Assembly: GCA_035569495.1 (NCBI GenBank)
Contig: DATMMX010000011.1
Span: 265,060-329,059 of the forward strand
DNA: 64,000 nucleotides
DNA from: Candidatus Angelobacter sp.
GTDB taxonomy: Bacteria > Chloroflexota > Dormibacteria > Aeolococcales > Aeolococcaceae
Direction of reading: 5' to 3'
Shown here: positions 1 through 10,160 of the stretch, one piece after another
Layout of the letters: the number at the start of each line of letters is the position of its first letter
Position numbering within the stretch: the first letter of the stretch is position 1
Position numbers and translations under genes: made by a program
The notes under the pieces: generated by a model
Told to the model about the DNA's origin: nothing
Database searches by the model: none
The model's input: the letters and a program-made list of their open reading frames with translations, nothing else

Positions 1-1412
1 ACCCCCGCGCAGCCGCAAGCGCACCGCCCTGAAACCGCGACCTAGCGCCGAGGATGCGCATGATCCGCGCCACCCGCCGCTGCACAGAGCGGTGGTCAAT
101 GCGCACGTCATGGCAAATGGCGGTGTCCGTGGCTCCGCTTGCGAGCAGGGCAAGGATGCGCCGATCGATGGCCTCGAGCTCTCCCTCGGTCTCCCGGGTC
201 GTGACAAACGCGCTTGCGTCCGCCCACACTCGCTCGAACAGGTCGATGAGCAACTCGAGCAGCGGGGACGGGTGGACGAACAGGGCACCCTCCAGCTCGT
301 CTTGCAGGGGCAGCAAAGCCGCCTCGCCATCGACGATGACCAGCTTTGCGGGCACGCGCGCCGTCCGCGCCTCCTCACCAGCCGCGACCGCGCGGAGGGC
401 ATGGCTCAGCTGGCCCTGGCTCAGCCCCTCCATGTCGTAGACGGCCCGAACGCGAACGCCCCGCCCCAGCATCCTCTCCTCTGCAGGCGCCGCCGAGACC
501 GGGTCGGCGGCGTACGGTCCCTTGTCGAACGCCCGGATCTCCAGTCGCGCCGTGCGCTGAAGCTGCTGGTGCCGCTGGCTGATCGCCTCGCGGCCGATCA
601 CCACCTCGACGACCTCCTCAAGGGGCGGGCCATCCGCGTTTCGAGGGCGCGCCTGCCGCTGGCGATCGCCGATCTGTGCCGCCGCCAGGCGAGTCCGCTC
701 CAGCTCCTCCTGGCGCTGCAGGATGAGCACCTCAATGGCCACGGGTGCCGGTGCCGCCACGTACCGCGGCGGCCGCGTTGCGGAACGCGTCACCAACCCA
801 CGAGCGCCGAGGGAGACGGCGGTGGCCTCGATATCCTCGACGCTGATCCCGACCAGCTCAGCTAGCTCACCGTCGCTACTGACTGGATGGTCCACCAACG
901 CCAGGTAGAGCGCCTCTTCGACCGCCGAGACGCCAACGCCTTCGAGCACCCGCCCCATCCTATGGACCTCCCCGCCGCCGTTCGGCCGCTTAAGACTGTC
1001 GTAAACCCGCCAGCGTCGTCTTTACGACTATAGCTCCTCTGCGCCGTGCCGAACTCGTTCACGGGTGATGTGCAACCTGCCTCGACACCAAAGGTGGAAC
1101 TGTCGGATTGGGATAGGGGCCCGTGCCGGCCAGCTTGTACACGACAGGCGGGAGGCGGAAGGGCCTCCACGGAACCCAGGGCGGTTCACTACGCGCGTGT
1201 GTCGGGGAACGCCGCTGCGCATCTAAGCGAAGGGCTTTGGTCGCGTGGTCGTCGAGACGTCGGCGGCCTGTCAGTCGTGCGGCGAGTGGGCGGACATGCT
1301 TTCCCGGCTTGACGCCCGGCGTCGTAAAGGCGACACCGTCGTGTTTGCGACCGTGGCACTGTTTGCACGGCGCCTAACAATTGGTGCGCACCTGGGGATC
1401 AAAGGAGACTAT

Positions 1413-2441
1413 GTGAAGGTCTTGCCGCCTGCAGCAGCGTTACGCCGGCTGGCGCCCGTCTTCGTCACCTTGGCAGTTCTCGCCTGCCCGCCCGTCCGCG
1501 CTGCCGCCGCGCCGCCCGCCCCTGCACCTCCGCCCGGGACTCACATCACGGCGAGCGGACCGACACAACTCTGGCTGTCCGCCGCGGGGCAGGCGACGCT
1601 GCCCGACCCACACCAGCCGCTCTGCACCTTCATCTGGACCACCACATGGCAGAGGACGGGCTACGCGCCCGATGGCTACGACACCGACCTCCTTACTCGC
1701 TGGGGCAACACCGTCACCTGCCAGGCCGGGCTTTCGAGCCGGCTTGCGGTGCACGACGAGCTCTATGACCCCTGGCACCACCTCATGGGCGTCTCCGACA
1801 ACGCGTGCGCCGCTTGCTCGGGCCCGCTGAGCGCGTTCATTCCGGCGACCAACTGCAACCCATGCCACATCTGGGGCACCCCGTTCGACTACCAGGGTCA
1901 GCACCTTCGCAACGAGGGCTACGAGATGGACAGCTTCTACACTGTTGTCTTCACCGTCCCTCTGCTCAACACGTACGAATGGGCCACCGTCGGCGAGTCG
2001 GAAACTCACAACCAGGCGTGCTCCGGTCCGCCGTCCGCCCTGAACGGCGATCCGTACACATGGGGGCCCTGCGGCCAGGCCATCATGTGGATTCCCAAGG
2101 CGAAGAAGGGAGACGGCAACGCGAGCTTCACGACCAGCGGGAACGGGGAGAGCACCGAGTACACGCCCGTCGCTCCCCTTGGCCCTGCCGAAGCCACCCC
2201 TTTGCCGACCCGACCCCCAGCCCAGGGTTCCGCCCCCCGTCCTCTGGCCGAGGCGGCGACCGAACCCCGGCCGCTGCCGTTCACTGACGGGCTCTCCGCC
2301 GCGCCGGCCGCCCCTGCTCTTGCCCCTCTCGCCGTGCTGGTGATGGCGGGTGGACTTCGCCGCCATCGGCGCGCCGGTTTGGCAGGCCGGGCGCGTCCTC
2401 GACGTCACCCGGCCTACCCGCTTGTCAGCCGACGGGGCTAG
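1413..2441 (+). CDS. Secreted cysteine-rich protein of unknown function. GTG start at 1413 with an AAGGAG RBS at 1402-1407. N-terminal signal peptide. The C-terminus has LPFTDG followed by a hydrophobic stretch and a basic tail, which resembles a sortase sorting signal.
   Basis: In-frame GTG preceded by aaaggagact. Hydrophobic N-terminus (LAPVFVTLAVLACPPVRAAAA). Many conserved-looking Cys/Trp. C-terminal RPLPFTDG...LAVLVMAGGLRRHRR. Confidence 0.55.
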   Translation: MKVLPPAAALRRLAPVFVTLAVLACPPVRAAAAPPAPAPPPGTHITASGPTQLWLSAAGQATLPDPHQPLCTFIWTTTWQRTGYAPDGYDTDLLTRWGNTVTCQAGLSSRLAVHDELYDPWHHLMGVSDNACAACSGPLSAFIPATNCNPCHIWGTPFDYQGQHLRNEGYEMDSFYTVVFTVPLLNTYEWATVGESETHNQACSGPPSALNGDPYTWGPCGQAIMWIPKAKKGDGNASFTTSGNGESTEYTPVAPLGPAEATPLPTRPPAQGSAPRPLAEAATEPRPLPFTDGLSAAPAAPALAPLAVLVMAGGLRRHRRAGLAGRARPRRHPAYPLVSRRG

Positions 2442-3034
2442 TTGATCGCCGGGGTGGCGTCAGTACCCGCGAACGAGTCGAAGGTCGTCGCGGTCACCGA
2501 GCTGATCGTGGTGGTGCGGGTGAGCTGGCCGTTGACGAAGCCCTCCCACACCGACACGGGCTCCAAGCCCGCGCTGTAGGTGTAGGCCCGCGCGCCAGCG
2601 GCCGTGTCTACGGCGACGCCGTTGATGACGCCGGTGCTGAACTGCACCGTCGAGGGGACGGTCTCGCTGTAGACGGGGATTCCGGCAGAGTTGAAGCCGA
2701 CCACGGTCACGCTCGCGGCTGCGCTCTGCAACGTCCCGACCGCGCGGGCCGTCTGGACCGCCCACGCCACGTTGACCGTGCCGAGCGCGGTCTGCGTGAC
2801 CTGGACGGCGTAGGTCTCCGGCGCCAGCGCCGCCGTCGTGACGAGGCCCGCACCGAACCCCATGTTCTGCTGCGCGGGGATCTGCACGATCGGGGCGGCC
2901 ACGACGCCCGTGGGGGTCAGCGCCCCGAAGGTTCCTGCCGGGCTCGCGAAGCCGGCGGCCTGCATTGAAATCGCTGCGGCGGCGGCGAGGACGAGCGCAA
3001 TGGGCGCGCGTCGACCAATGGTGGAACGGAACAT
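2438..3034 (-). CDS. Secreted hypothetical protein (198 aa) with a signal peptide and a Thr/Val/Ala-rich beta-type composition.
   Basis: Six-frame ORF. N-terminus MFRSTIGRRAPIALVLAAAAAISMQAAGFA is a classic Sec signal. No recognisable domain. Confidence 0.55.
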   Translation of the reverse strand: MFRSTIGRRAPIALVLAAAAAISMQAAGFASPAGTFGALTPTGVVAAPIVQIPAQQNMGFGAGLVTTAALAPETYAVQVTQTALGTVNVAWAVQTARAVGTLQSAAASVTVVGFNSAGIPVYSETVPSTVQFSTGVINGVAVDTAAGARAYTYSAGLEPVSVWEGFVNGQLTRTTTISSVTATTFDSFAGTDATPAIN

Positions 3035-3312
3035 GTCTGTCTCCTTCCAAGCGGCTGGCCGAGTGGCCAGCCATCTGCGGAAAGAGATGATGAGACGGCG
3101 TAAGGCGAAAGTCAGTAGCTGGGACGGAAATTAATCAAAGTCGGACTCTGAGTCCACATAGTCGCTGGACCAGTCCGCATCCCTTGGAGAGCGCGGCCAT
3201 CTCCTCGGAAGTCCCTCTTCGCGCGTCCCGCGGTCCGGCGGGAGACGCTGCGGGTGTACGAGTGGGCCGCGCTGGGCCGCCGAGGGACGAGCGTCGGGCC
3301 GGCCGCGTTGAG

Positions 3313-3951
3313 CTACAAGGGTGCGGCGAAGGACCCCGTCACAATGAGCGTCGCCGGCCACTGGTCGAAGCAGCTCAGCGGGACGCCGAGCGGGTTCCAC
3401 ACGGGGATGAGCTTGCCTACGCCGTTGCCGCCAAGGAGACTCGTCTGCACGGCAGCGCCGGAACCGTCACGCAGCTTGAGCTCGGGTTGGAACAGCACAA
3501 GAGTCGTTCCGTACTGCCACCAATCCATCGTGAAAATTAGCGAGGCGCCGGTTGAGACCACCCCGTTGTCGATCAGCGTGCCACCGGTCACGGTGGGATT
3601 GACGTTGCCAGTGCCGATGAGCTCACCACTCGGATCGCCAGTACAACCCTCTGTGTTGGAGGCGGGTCCCGTCATGTTGATGCCTGTCGCGGCGAACGTG
3701 GCGGTGAACGGGCGGTTGCTGACGTCCAGTCCGCTCACGGTGCCCTCGAATGTCCCCGTGGCGAGCCCTCCGCAACTCAGCGGACAGGGAAACGCCTGAG
3801 TGGGAAAGGAGAAGTTGAACACGGCCGTCGTGGTCATTGCGTTCACCGGCGCTGCGGATGCGGCGCGTGGCTGCAACGCGAAGCTCAGCGCGAATGCAAC
3901 ACTGACGATCCAGCACGCGCGCGTGCACGAGCGCAACGAAACCACCGCCAA
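3313..3951 (-). CDS. Secreted hypothetical protein (212 aa) with a signal peptide.
   Basis: N-terminal hydrophobic segment followed by an AxA cleavage-like motif (RAASAAP). Gly/Thr-rich mature region. Same strand and context as the neighbouring secreted proteins. Confidence 0.55.
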   Translation of the reverse strand: MAVVSLRSCTRACWIVSVAFALSFALQPRAASAAPVNAMTTTAVFNFSFPTQAFPCPLSCGGLATGTFEGTVSGLDVSNRPFTATFAATGINMTGPASNTEGCTGDPSGELIGTGNVNPTVTGGTLIDNGVVSTGASLIFTMDWWQYGTTLVLFQPELKLRDGSGAAVQTSLLGGNGVGKLIPVWNPLGVPLSCFDQWPATLIVTGSFAAPL

Positions 3952-4098
3952 CCCTCCCCACGGCGCCGCTGCCCCATAGGCGCGGCGAGCCGCAGCGTTC
4001 GGACAGGAGAGAGTGTCGCTGCCTGGTGTGAGCTGAGGCTAGTGAATCAGACGCCGCGATTACGACTGTGCCGCATACACGACACAGTCAGCGGGGAA

Positions 4099-6018
4099 TC
4101 AGGTTTGGCACCGTGCGTGCCACGAGACGCCGCCGTCGACTGTGCAGCGGACTGCGACCCCGACGACGATGTCGAGAACGCGACCAGCGGAAGGTGCCAG
4201 CAGAAGACCTGGCAGACCGAGCTTCGGATCGCGGCTTGTCACGTCCACCCAGGCGCGGTCGGCGAAGTTTGCCGACAGCATGAGCGCATCCTGGCCATCG
4301 CCTCGCTCAGCTATGGCCCAGGCGCGGCTCGAGGTGATGGCCGCGCTGTGGATGTACGTTCCGGTGGGAGGCGCAGGGAGTGGGTGGAACGACCTGCCTG
4401 CGTCGAGTGAGATCGCTGCCTCGACGGTTGTGGCGACCATCACTCCGCCGTCGGAGAGAAAGCTGGGCGACAGTGCGAGGGCGACGAACGCACCCGACGG
4501 GAGGTTCTGGCCTACGCGCGCCTGGCAGGGCCCGTTGCGTGGGCAGATCAGAAGCGTCGGCCCGGGCACCGGTGTCGCAGGCGGAATCAAGGACGTGATC
4601 GCCGTCAGGACAACAACCGCGCTCGCGGTGTCGCCGAATGGTGTGGCCAAGAGCGCTGGAGCTGAGCTGCCGGCCGGTCGCTCGCCGACGACTACATCAG
4701 TCTGTCCAGTGTCGAACCGATAGCTCAGAACGCCAGCCGACGTAGCGTCGAAGACTCGGGGATCACCGTTGTCGAGGCCGGCGGAGACCGCGAGCTGACC
4801 CGGCGGCAGCGGGAGCGCGGCGAACGGCCCGCCGAAGACAGGCGCCACGTAGTCGAGCAGCCCAGGTTGGGCGGGGTTGCCGATGAAGATGCGTGGATCG
4901 GTCGGGTAGGTCGGCGGCAATGCGATGGTCGCCCCGATGAGGACTGGCGGGACGACGCCGGGCGGGGTGTGTTCCCACGTCCGGCCGCCATCCGTCGTCC
5001 GGTACAGCAGTGGGCATCCGCAGCTCGCTCCGGTGCCCAGGCCGAGGGCCGTGTGGGTCGAGTCGAAGTCGGGATCGGCCGTCGCGGCGGTGAGCTGCGT
5101 GTCGGCGATGGTGTCGGCTCCGCTCAGGTCGGTCAGGTACACCGTTCCCACGGGCTGACGACGCACCTCGAGCTGGAGCGGGCCACCGCGGCGAGGGACG
5201 GCGGGCGCGTTGACCGCGCTGACGAGAGGAACTCTGGCTGGTAGATCGGCGACGCCGTGATGTGCAGGCGCCGCGAGCGACCCGGCGGGTGTCGGTGAAG
5301 CCGCCCCGACAAGGAGGAGAAGGGCGAGAGCAGCCGGGACCAACGTCTGCGTGGTGACGTCCGAGGCGACGGCGGAGCCGACATACCGATCCAGCGCGAC
5401 ACGGAGAGCGAAGGCGCCGTTGGTCCGCCCGCCGCGGCGCCTGGCGCGCAGCCGGCGCAGCAGCGCGGCGAGGCCCGCGCCGAGACCCAGCCCCAAGGCG
5501 CGAAGGTGCTCGCGTGCCGATCGGAGGCGGCCCTTGAATGCGTTGATGCCGATGCCAAGCCGCCAGGCAGCCTCGGAGAGGCTGTACCCCGCGAACGCGA
5601 CGGCGACTGCGTCGCGCTCCGCCTTCGAGAGCTTGCGCAGCCCGTCGGCGATGGCGATGCGCAACAGCGCCGCCTCGCCCGGATCGAGTCCGTCGGGATT
5701 GGGAAGGAGCCCCGCCGGCTCGTCGCCGTGGTGTTCCTCCCACCACCGGCGGCGGTCGACCTCCTGGCGGGCCAGAGCGGCGAGGCGCTGGACCTCGTGG
5801 TGCTGCGGGCCTTCGCTCACAGCCCGCAGCACCACGTCGTGCTGGGCGTCTTCGGCCTCGGGCACATCGCCGAGCCGCTGGACGCACGCGCGGCCGATCA
5901 ACTCCTGGTGTCCGACGATGACCTGCCAGAGCTGCTTGGCGTTGCGCGGCCTGGCGTGCGGCAACGCCTTGGCGACACGGTGCCGCGTGTGCGTCATCGA
6001 CCTTCCATCGCTGGTCAT
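4099..6018 (-). CDS. ECF (sigma-70 family) sigma factor fused through one transmembrane helix to a large extracytoplasmic domain with BNR/Asp-box repeats. A single-chain membrane-anchored sigma factor.
   Basis: Region 2 LIGRACVQRLGDVPEAEDAQHDVVLRAV. Region 4 LSKAERDAVAVAFAGYSLSEAAWRLGIGINAFKGRLRSAREHLR. TM helix TLVPAALALLLLVGAAS. BNR-like motifs YRTTDGGRTW, SLDAGRSF and CTVDGGVSW. The start is either 6018 or 5997 (GGAAGG 3 nt upstream of 5997). The 5' part of the listed ORF, up to 6366, looks non-coding. Confidence 0.6.
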   Translation of the reverse strand: MTSDGRSMTHTRHRVAKALPHARPRNAKQLWQVIVGHQELIGRACVQRLGDVPEAEDAQHDVVLRAVSEGPQHHEVQRLAALARQEVDRRRWWEEHHGDEPAGLLPNPDGLDPGEAALLRIAIADGLRKLSKAERDAVAVAFAGYSLSEAAWRLGIGINAFKGRLRSAREHLRALGLGLGAGLAALLRRLRARRRGGRTNGAFALRVALDRYVGSAVASDVTTQTLVPAALALLLLVGAASPTPAGSLAAPAHHGVADLPARVPLVSAVNAPAVPRRGGPLQLEVRRQPVGTVYLTDLSGADTIADTQLTAATADPDFDSTHTALGLGTGASCGCPLLYRTTDGGRTWEHTPPGVVPPVLIGATIALPPTYPTDPRIFIGNPAQPGLLDYVAPVFGGPFAALPLPPGQLAVSAGLDNGDPRVFDATSAGVLSYRFDTGQTDVVVGERPAGSSAPALLATPFGDTASAVVVLTAITSLIPPATPVPGPTLLICPRNGPCQARVGQNLPSGAFVALALSPSFLSDGGVMVATTVEAAISLDAGRSFHPLPAPPTGTYIHSAAITSSRAWAIAERGDGQDALMLSANFADRAWVDVTSRDPKLGLPGLLLAPSAGRVLDIVVGVAVRCTVDGGVSWHARCQT

Positions 6019-6103
6019 GGCGGAGGCTGCCCGCCGATGGCTCCGCGCCCCACCGCTACTCGCGCCATCATCGACGTGCGGCCGGTCGGCCGGGGCGGGA
6101 CGG

Positions 6104-7046
6104 CTAGTGAGGTAAGCGGGGTGACCGGCTGGCGGGCGCCGGGCCACCCCGTCGATGTGACGAAACCCTTGCCGAATCTTGCGGCTCTCCGAGCGTGGGT
6201 GTGGTCGCCTGCCCGCCCGGTCGCAGCATGGCGGCGCCCACCCGTGGCAGCCGGGCTCGGCCACATGCAGCTCCGGTATCGGGGCGCCGGCCCGCCACGG
6301 CCGGGATCGTCGACGCATGTCGACCCGGAGAGCCTGTGCGCCCTGCGTGCGATGGCGACGGGGCATCGGCGCGCCGGTGGAGAAGGTCGGGGGCCGCCTC
6401 GCGGATGATGTAGCGGACCGTGGCCAGCTGCCAGCGCGCGGCGCCGTGTGCCGTGGCCACCCCCTCGCACGTCAGGCGCCGGGCGATGGCTGACCACCCG
6501 AGCCCGGCGCGACGCTCCCGGACGATGCGGTCGTGCACCGCTGCAGGCAGGACGGACGGGCGGCCGAGGGGAACGCCCTGGGCGAGGCGGCACTGCCAGC
6601 GCCTCGCGCGTCCGCTGCACGATGCGCCGCCGCTCGAACTGCGCCCACGCCATGAGCACGTACGCCATCGCTTCGCCCTCGGGCGTCGATGCGTCGAGCG
6701 CCCGGTCGCAGACGGTCACGGTCCAGCCGCCGGCCGTGGCCTGGTGGGGAAAAAGCGCGAAGTCGAGGACCGACCGACTGAGGCGGTCGAGCTTGGCCGC
6801 GACGATGCCGTCCGCCTGACCCCGCTCAATGAGCCGCGACGCTCGCCGTAGCTTGGGGCGGTCCCTGACCGTCTTGCCGCGCGCCGTCTCCTCGGGCACG
6901 GTCAAAAGCGGGCGCCCAGCCCGCGCAGCGGCGGTCTCGATGATCTGCCGCTGGGCCTCAATCGACGCGCCGCTGTCGGCCTGCTCGGCCGTGCCGACGC
7001 GGATGTAGCCGACCAGGGGAAGCCCGTCATTCGCCAGTCCCGCCAA
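6104..7046 (-). pseudogene. Serine recombinase (resolvase/invertase family) pseudogene. Catalytic domain and C-terminal HTH lie in different frames, with a frameshift near 6590-6600. The catalytic Ser is replaced by Gly.
   Basis: N-terminus LVGYIRVGTAEQ...IEAQRQ...GIVAAKLDRLSRS matches the resolvase catalytic domain but reads GGC (Gly) where the nucleophilic Ser is expected. The E-helix MAWAQFERRRIVQRTREALA is in frame 1. LGRPSVLPAAVHDRIVRERRAGLGWSAIARRL (HTH) is in frame 2. TTG start at 7046 with an AAGGAGAG RBS at 7061-7054. Confidence 0.6.
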
Positions 7047-7709
7047 CCGTACTCTCTCCTTAAAGCAACCCCCGGACCGTTCTCTACAAGTCACCAGGGG
7101 CGCCCTCTATCTGACCGCTGGTCAGTAATGGTGTGTAGCGCCCGTGACGTTGCCGAGCGTGAGCGGATTGTGCCACCGACGACGTCAACGTGGCGGCGTC
7201 GGAGCCGGAACCCTTTGAAGCAAACGGTCGTATTCTTTGTGTCCAGCCACGACGCGGCATGCCAGGCGCGCGCTGTAGGATTGCGCAACGTCGCTGAGCG
7301 CACGCATTTCACGTGGGGCTCGCGGCGAGCATCTTCACGGGCTGCTCCGATGGAAAGGGGGGTGGCCGGATTCCCATGAGGAGCGGGGTCATGCCCAGTG
7401 CGACAGCGACAGTCCATGCGTCACGCCAGCGAGCACACGGCGTCAAGCCCGTAAGGGGAGAAGCCCTTCGCCCCTCAGCTCCTCACAGCGGCACCGCAGC
7501 CGTCCGACATGCGCACGGGCCGCTGGTATCGGACAAGCAGGGAGGGCCTGCGTAGCGAGCGTTCGGTTGGGAGGACGCCGCTCATCCCTCAGACAAACCG
7601 GGCGGCAGGGGAAGGGGCGCCGCGGAGACCGCGACGCCCCCGGATTTGTTTGCAGCGCCCCGGGTGAATTTCACGGTTCGCCGGGGCACCACGGAGATCA
7701 GCTTTGCAC

Positions 7710-9473
7710 ATGCGACTCTTTGGTCGACGTCTCGCGCTCATCGCGGCGACCTCGGCCGTACTTACCACTCTCGGGGCCGCCCCAGCTCACGCAGCAGCCC
7801 CGACCGCGCCAGCGAGGACGGCAGCGCAGCAAGGATCACCCCCAGGACAGGGCAACCGCAACGCCCCCGTCCCGCCACCCGGGACCAGCGCACCCCACCT
7901 CTATCGGGAGCGCGGGGGTAACGGGAGTGCCCCCGCGGCAAGCAGCCCACCCGCATGCTGTCCGGCCCCTGGCCAGATGGTCCACGGGCCTGGCCAAGTC
8001 CTTCGGGGCTTCACGCGGGTTGCACTCATCTTCTGGGGCTCCACCTGGCAGTTCCAGCCGGACGTAACCGAAGCCAGCACCGTCAACGGTATGTGGCAGC
8101 ACGTCGGGACCAACCCGTGGACAGACTCGTTGCTGCAGTACTGGGACAACTGGTCCTCGGTCGATGACACAGGCCGACTGTACGTGGGAGCCTGGACGGA
8201 CTTGGGTTCATCTCCGGCGTCCATCTACACCCAGGCCGACGTCGCAGCGGAAGTGCAGCGCGCACTCACCGTGGGGCCGTTTCAGTACGATCCCAACACC
8301 TTGTATATGGTGTTCGCCAACCGAGGCGCGCAGAACGATCAGGGATCGACTGTCTGCGGATACCACTCCTTTACCGGCGCACCACAGGGCGGACTGGCCG
8401 CGTACGCGGTGATGGACTACGGCCATTGCTCGGATGTCCAACTGGCGGGTGCGGTTGGCGACGGCCGTGCCCAGCGCTTTGAGGTCGTCAGCCTTCACGA
8501 GTTCGCGGAGGGAGTCACCGATCCCTTCATGGACGCGTGGGGCAATGGCCAGAGCGGCTCTGAGATCGGCGATCTCTGCCAGGACAACCTGATCACAGTC
8601 AACTTCGGCGGCACCGGCTACGCTGCTCAGCAGATTTACGGCAACAACGAAGGTCGCTGCCTGAGCAGCACCACCGTGTCGTACTCGTACCGCTGGATCT
8701 CCCAGACGTACGTGAATAACAACCAGGCCTCCGCACCCGGCAACACCTATCCGGTCTCGCTGGTTGTGCAGAACACGGGCAACGTGCAGTGGCCCGTCAA
8801 CTCGGTCCTACGACTGGGAACCGACGCCCCACAGGACCACTGTAGCGCGTACTACGATCCGGGGACCTGGAGCGGCTGTATTCGCGTCGGCGGCATGGTC
8901 AACCAGATCAACTCTGCATACAGCACCATCCAGCCTGGCCAGGACGCGGTCTTCACCTTCAACTTCTTCACCAACCCGGCTCAGACGTGTACCACCGTCA
9001 ACGAGCACTTCAACTTGGTGTTCGAGGCGAGGCTGTGGATGGCGAGCGCGGGCATCTACTGGCCCGTGAACATCGGCTGCTACGACGCCTCCTTCAACTC
9101 CGAGACGCCCCCGACAGCACTGGTGGTCGGCGACAACCCCGTCACGAACATGACGAAGATCAGGTTCGTCAACACCGGCAACTTGCCGTGGAACAATGAC
9201 AGCAAGACGCAGCTCACAACCAACGGCTGCAGCATGTTCTACGACATGGTGACCTGGTCGGCGTGCAACGTCGCGACGAGCAGGGTCACCAACGTCTCGA
9301 ACACAGGGAAGACATCGGTCGATCCCGGCGAAGTCGGTGAGTTCGACGTCGTTCTCAGCGTCCCCGCCGCAACCGTACCGGGCAACTACGGCCAGCAGTG
9401 GGTGCTCGTGGAGGCCGGATTCCAGACGATGGGCTCCTCGTACCACACCTCGACGTACAACGTGGTCGCCTAG
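7710..9473 (+). CDS. Secreted (probably Tat-type RR signal) protein. It has an N-terminal domain of unknown function and three C-terminal CARDB/NBR1-like beta-sandwich repeats.
   Basis: MRLFGRRLALIAATSAVLTTLGAAPAHAAAP signal. Repeated roughly 100-aa units containing QNTGNVQWP / VNTGNLPWN / FTNPAQTC. TTG at 7704 or ATG at 7710. Confidence 0.6.
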   Translation: MRLFGRRLALIAATSAVLTTLGAAPAHAAAPTAPARTAAQQGSPPGQGNRNAPVPPPGTSAPHLYRERGGNGSAPAASSPPACCPAPGQMVHGPGQVLRGFTRVALIFWGSTWQFQPDVTEASTVNGMWQHVGTNPWTDSLLQYWDNWSSVDDTGRLYVGAWTDLGSSPASIYTQADVAAEVQRALTVGPFQYDPNTLYMVFANRGAQNDQGSTVCGYHSFTGAPQGGLAAYAVMDYGHCSDVQLAGAVGDGRAQRFEVVSLHEFAEGVTDPFMDAWGNGQSGSEIGDLCQDNLITVNFGGTGYAAQQIYGNNEGRCLSSTTVSYSYRWISQTYVNNNQASAPGNTYPVSLVVQNTGNVQWPVNSVLRLGTDAPQDHCSAYYDPGTWSGCIRVGGMVNQINSAYSTIQPGQDAVFTFNFFTNPAQTCTTVNEHFNLVFEARLWMASAGIYWPVNIGCYDASFNSETPPTALVVGDNPVTNMTKIRFVNTGNLPWNNDSKTQLTTNGCSMFYDMVTWSACNVATSRVTNVSNTGKTSVDPGEVGEFDVVLSVPAATVPGNYGQQWVLVEAGFQTMGSSYHTSTYNVVA

Positions 9474-9494
9474 CGGGCGGCCACTGAGGCTCAC

Positions 9495-9540
9495 TGAGGG
9501 CGGGGGCCGCGGGGCGTGCCCTCTCGGCTCCCGCCAACCC
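9495..9540 (+). terminator. Candidate intrinsic terminator or hairpin downstream of the secreted-protein gene. Imperfect roughly 10-bp GC stem (GGCGGGGGCC...GGCTCCCGCC).
   Basis: Inverted repeat read directly from the sequence. No clear U-tract, as expected in high-GC genomes. Confidence 0.25.
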
Positions 9541-9590
9541 AAACCTCGCCAAGATGGAACCTTTTGCCCACCAACGAGGGTCTAACTCGC

Positions 9591-10160
9591 ATGACCACCG
9601 CCGAGGCCGCCGCGAGGACGCCTGAGCCCGCCGGAGACGCCCTGCTTCTGAGCCGGGCGCAGGGCGGGGATGCCGATGCCTTCTCCGAGCTACTGCGCCC
9701 GCTGTATGAGAGTGGCCATCGTGTAGCCACGTCGATTCTCCTCAACAGCGGCGAGGCCGAGGATGCCCTACAGGAGGCCACGGTGCGAGCATGGCGTCGC
9801 CTCGGCGGTCTACGCGAGATCGAGAGTATCGAGGGGTGGTTTCTTTCGATCGTGGTGAACGAGAGTCGCCGTCGGCTCCGGGGCAGGTGGCACCGGGTCT
9901 TGCCCTGGGGGCTACCCCGCCACAGCATGGAACCGCGCGATCACCACGACGCACACGACATACGCTCTGTGGTGCAAGACGCGCTGATGCGTCTCGACGC
10001 TGAGCACCGTGTCGTCCTCGTCCTCCGTTACTACTACGACCTTCCCCTGCAACGCGTCGCGGAGCAGCTTCGACTCCCTGTGGGGACCGTGAAGTCGAGG
10101 CTCAGTCGGGCCACAGACCGACTCCGCGACGTCCTTTCGTCAACGGAGATGATGTCATGA
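9591..10160 (+). CDS. ECF RNA polymerase sigma factor (sigma-70 regions 2 and 4).
   Basis: LLLSRAQGGDADAFSELLRPLYESGHRVATSIL...ALQEATVRAWRRL (region 2). LDAEHRVVLVLRYYYDLPLQRVAEQLRLPVGTVKSRLSRA (region 4). ATG at 9591 with GAGGG upstream. Stop overlaps the next gene (ATGA). Confidence 0.8.
   Translation: MTTAEAAARTPEPAGDALLLSRAQGGDADAFSELLRPLYESGHRVATSILLNSGEAEDALQEATVRAWRRLGGLREIESIEGWFLSIVVNESRRRLRGRWHRVLPWGLPRHSMEPRDHHDAHDIRSVVQDALMRLDAEHRVVLVLRYYYDLPLQRVAEQLRLPVGTVKSRLSRATDRLRDVLSSTEMMS

Noticed and set aside
92-865. 257-aa plus-strand ORF at the window start
   Set aside because: The translation is Arg/Leu/Asp low-complexity, typical of GC-driven open frames. There is no RBS and no recognisable motif. 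It is possibly non-coding or part of a gene starting outside the window.
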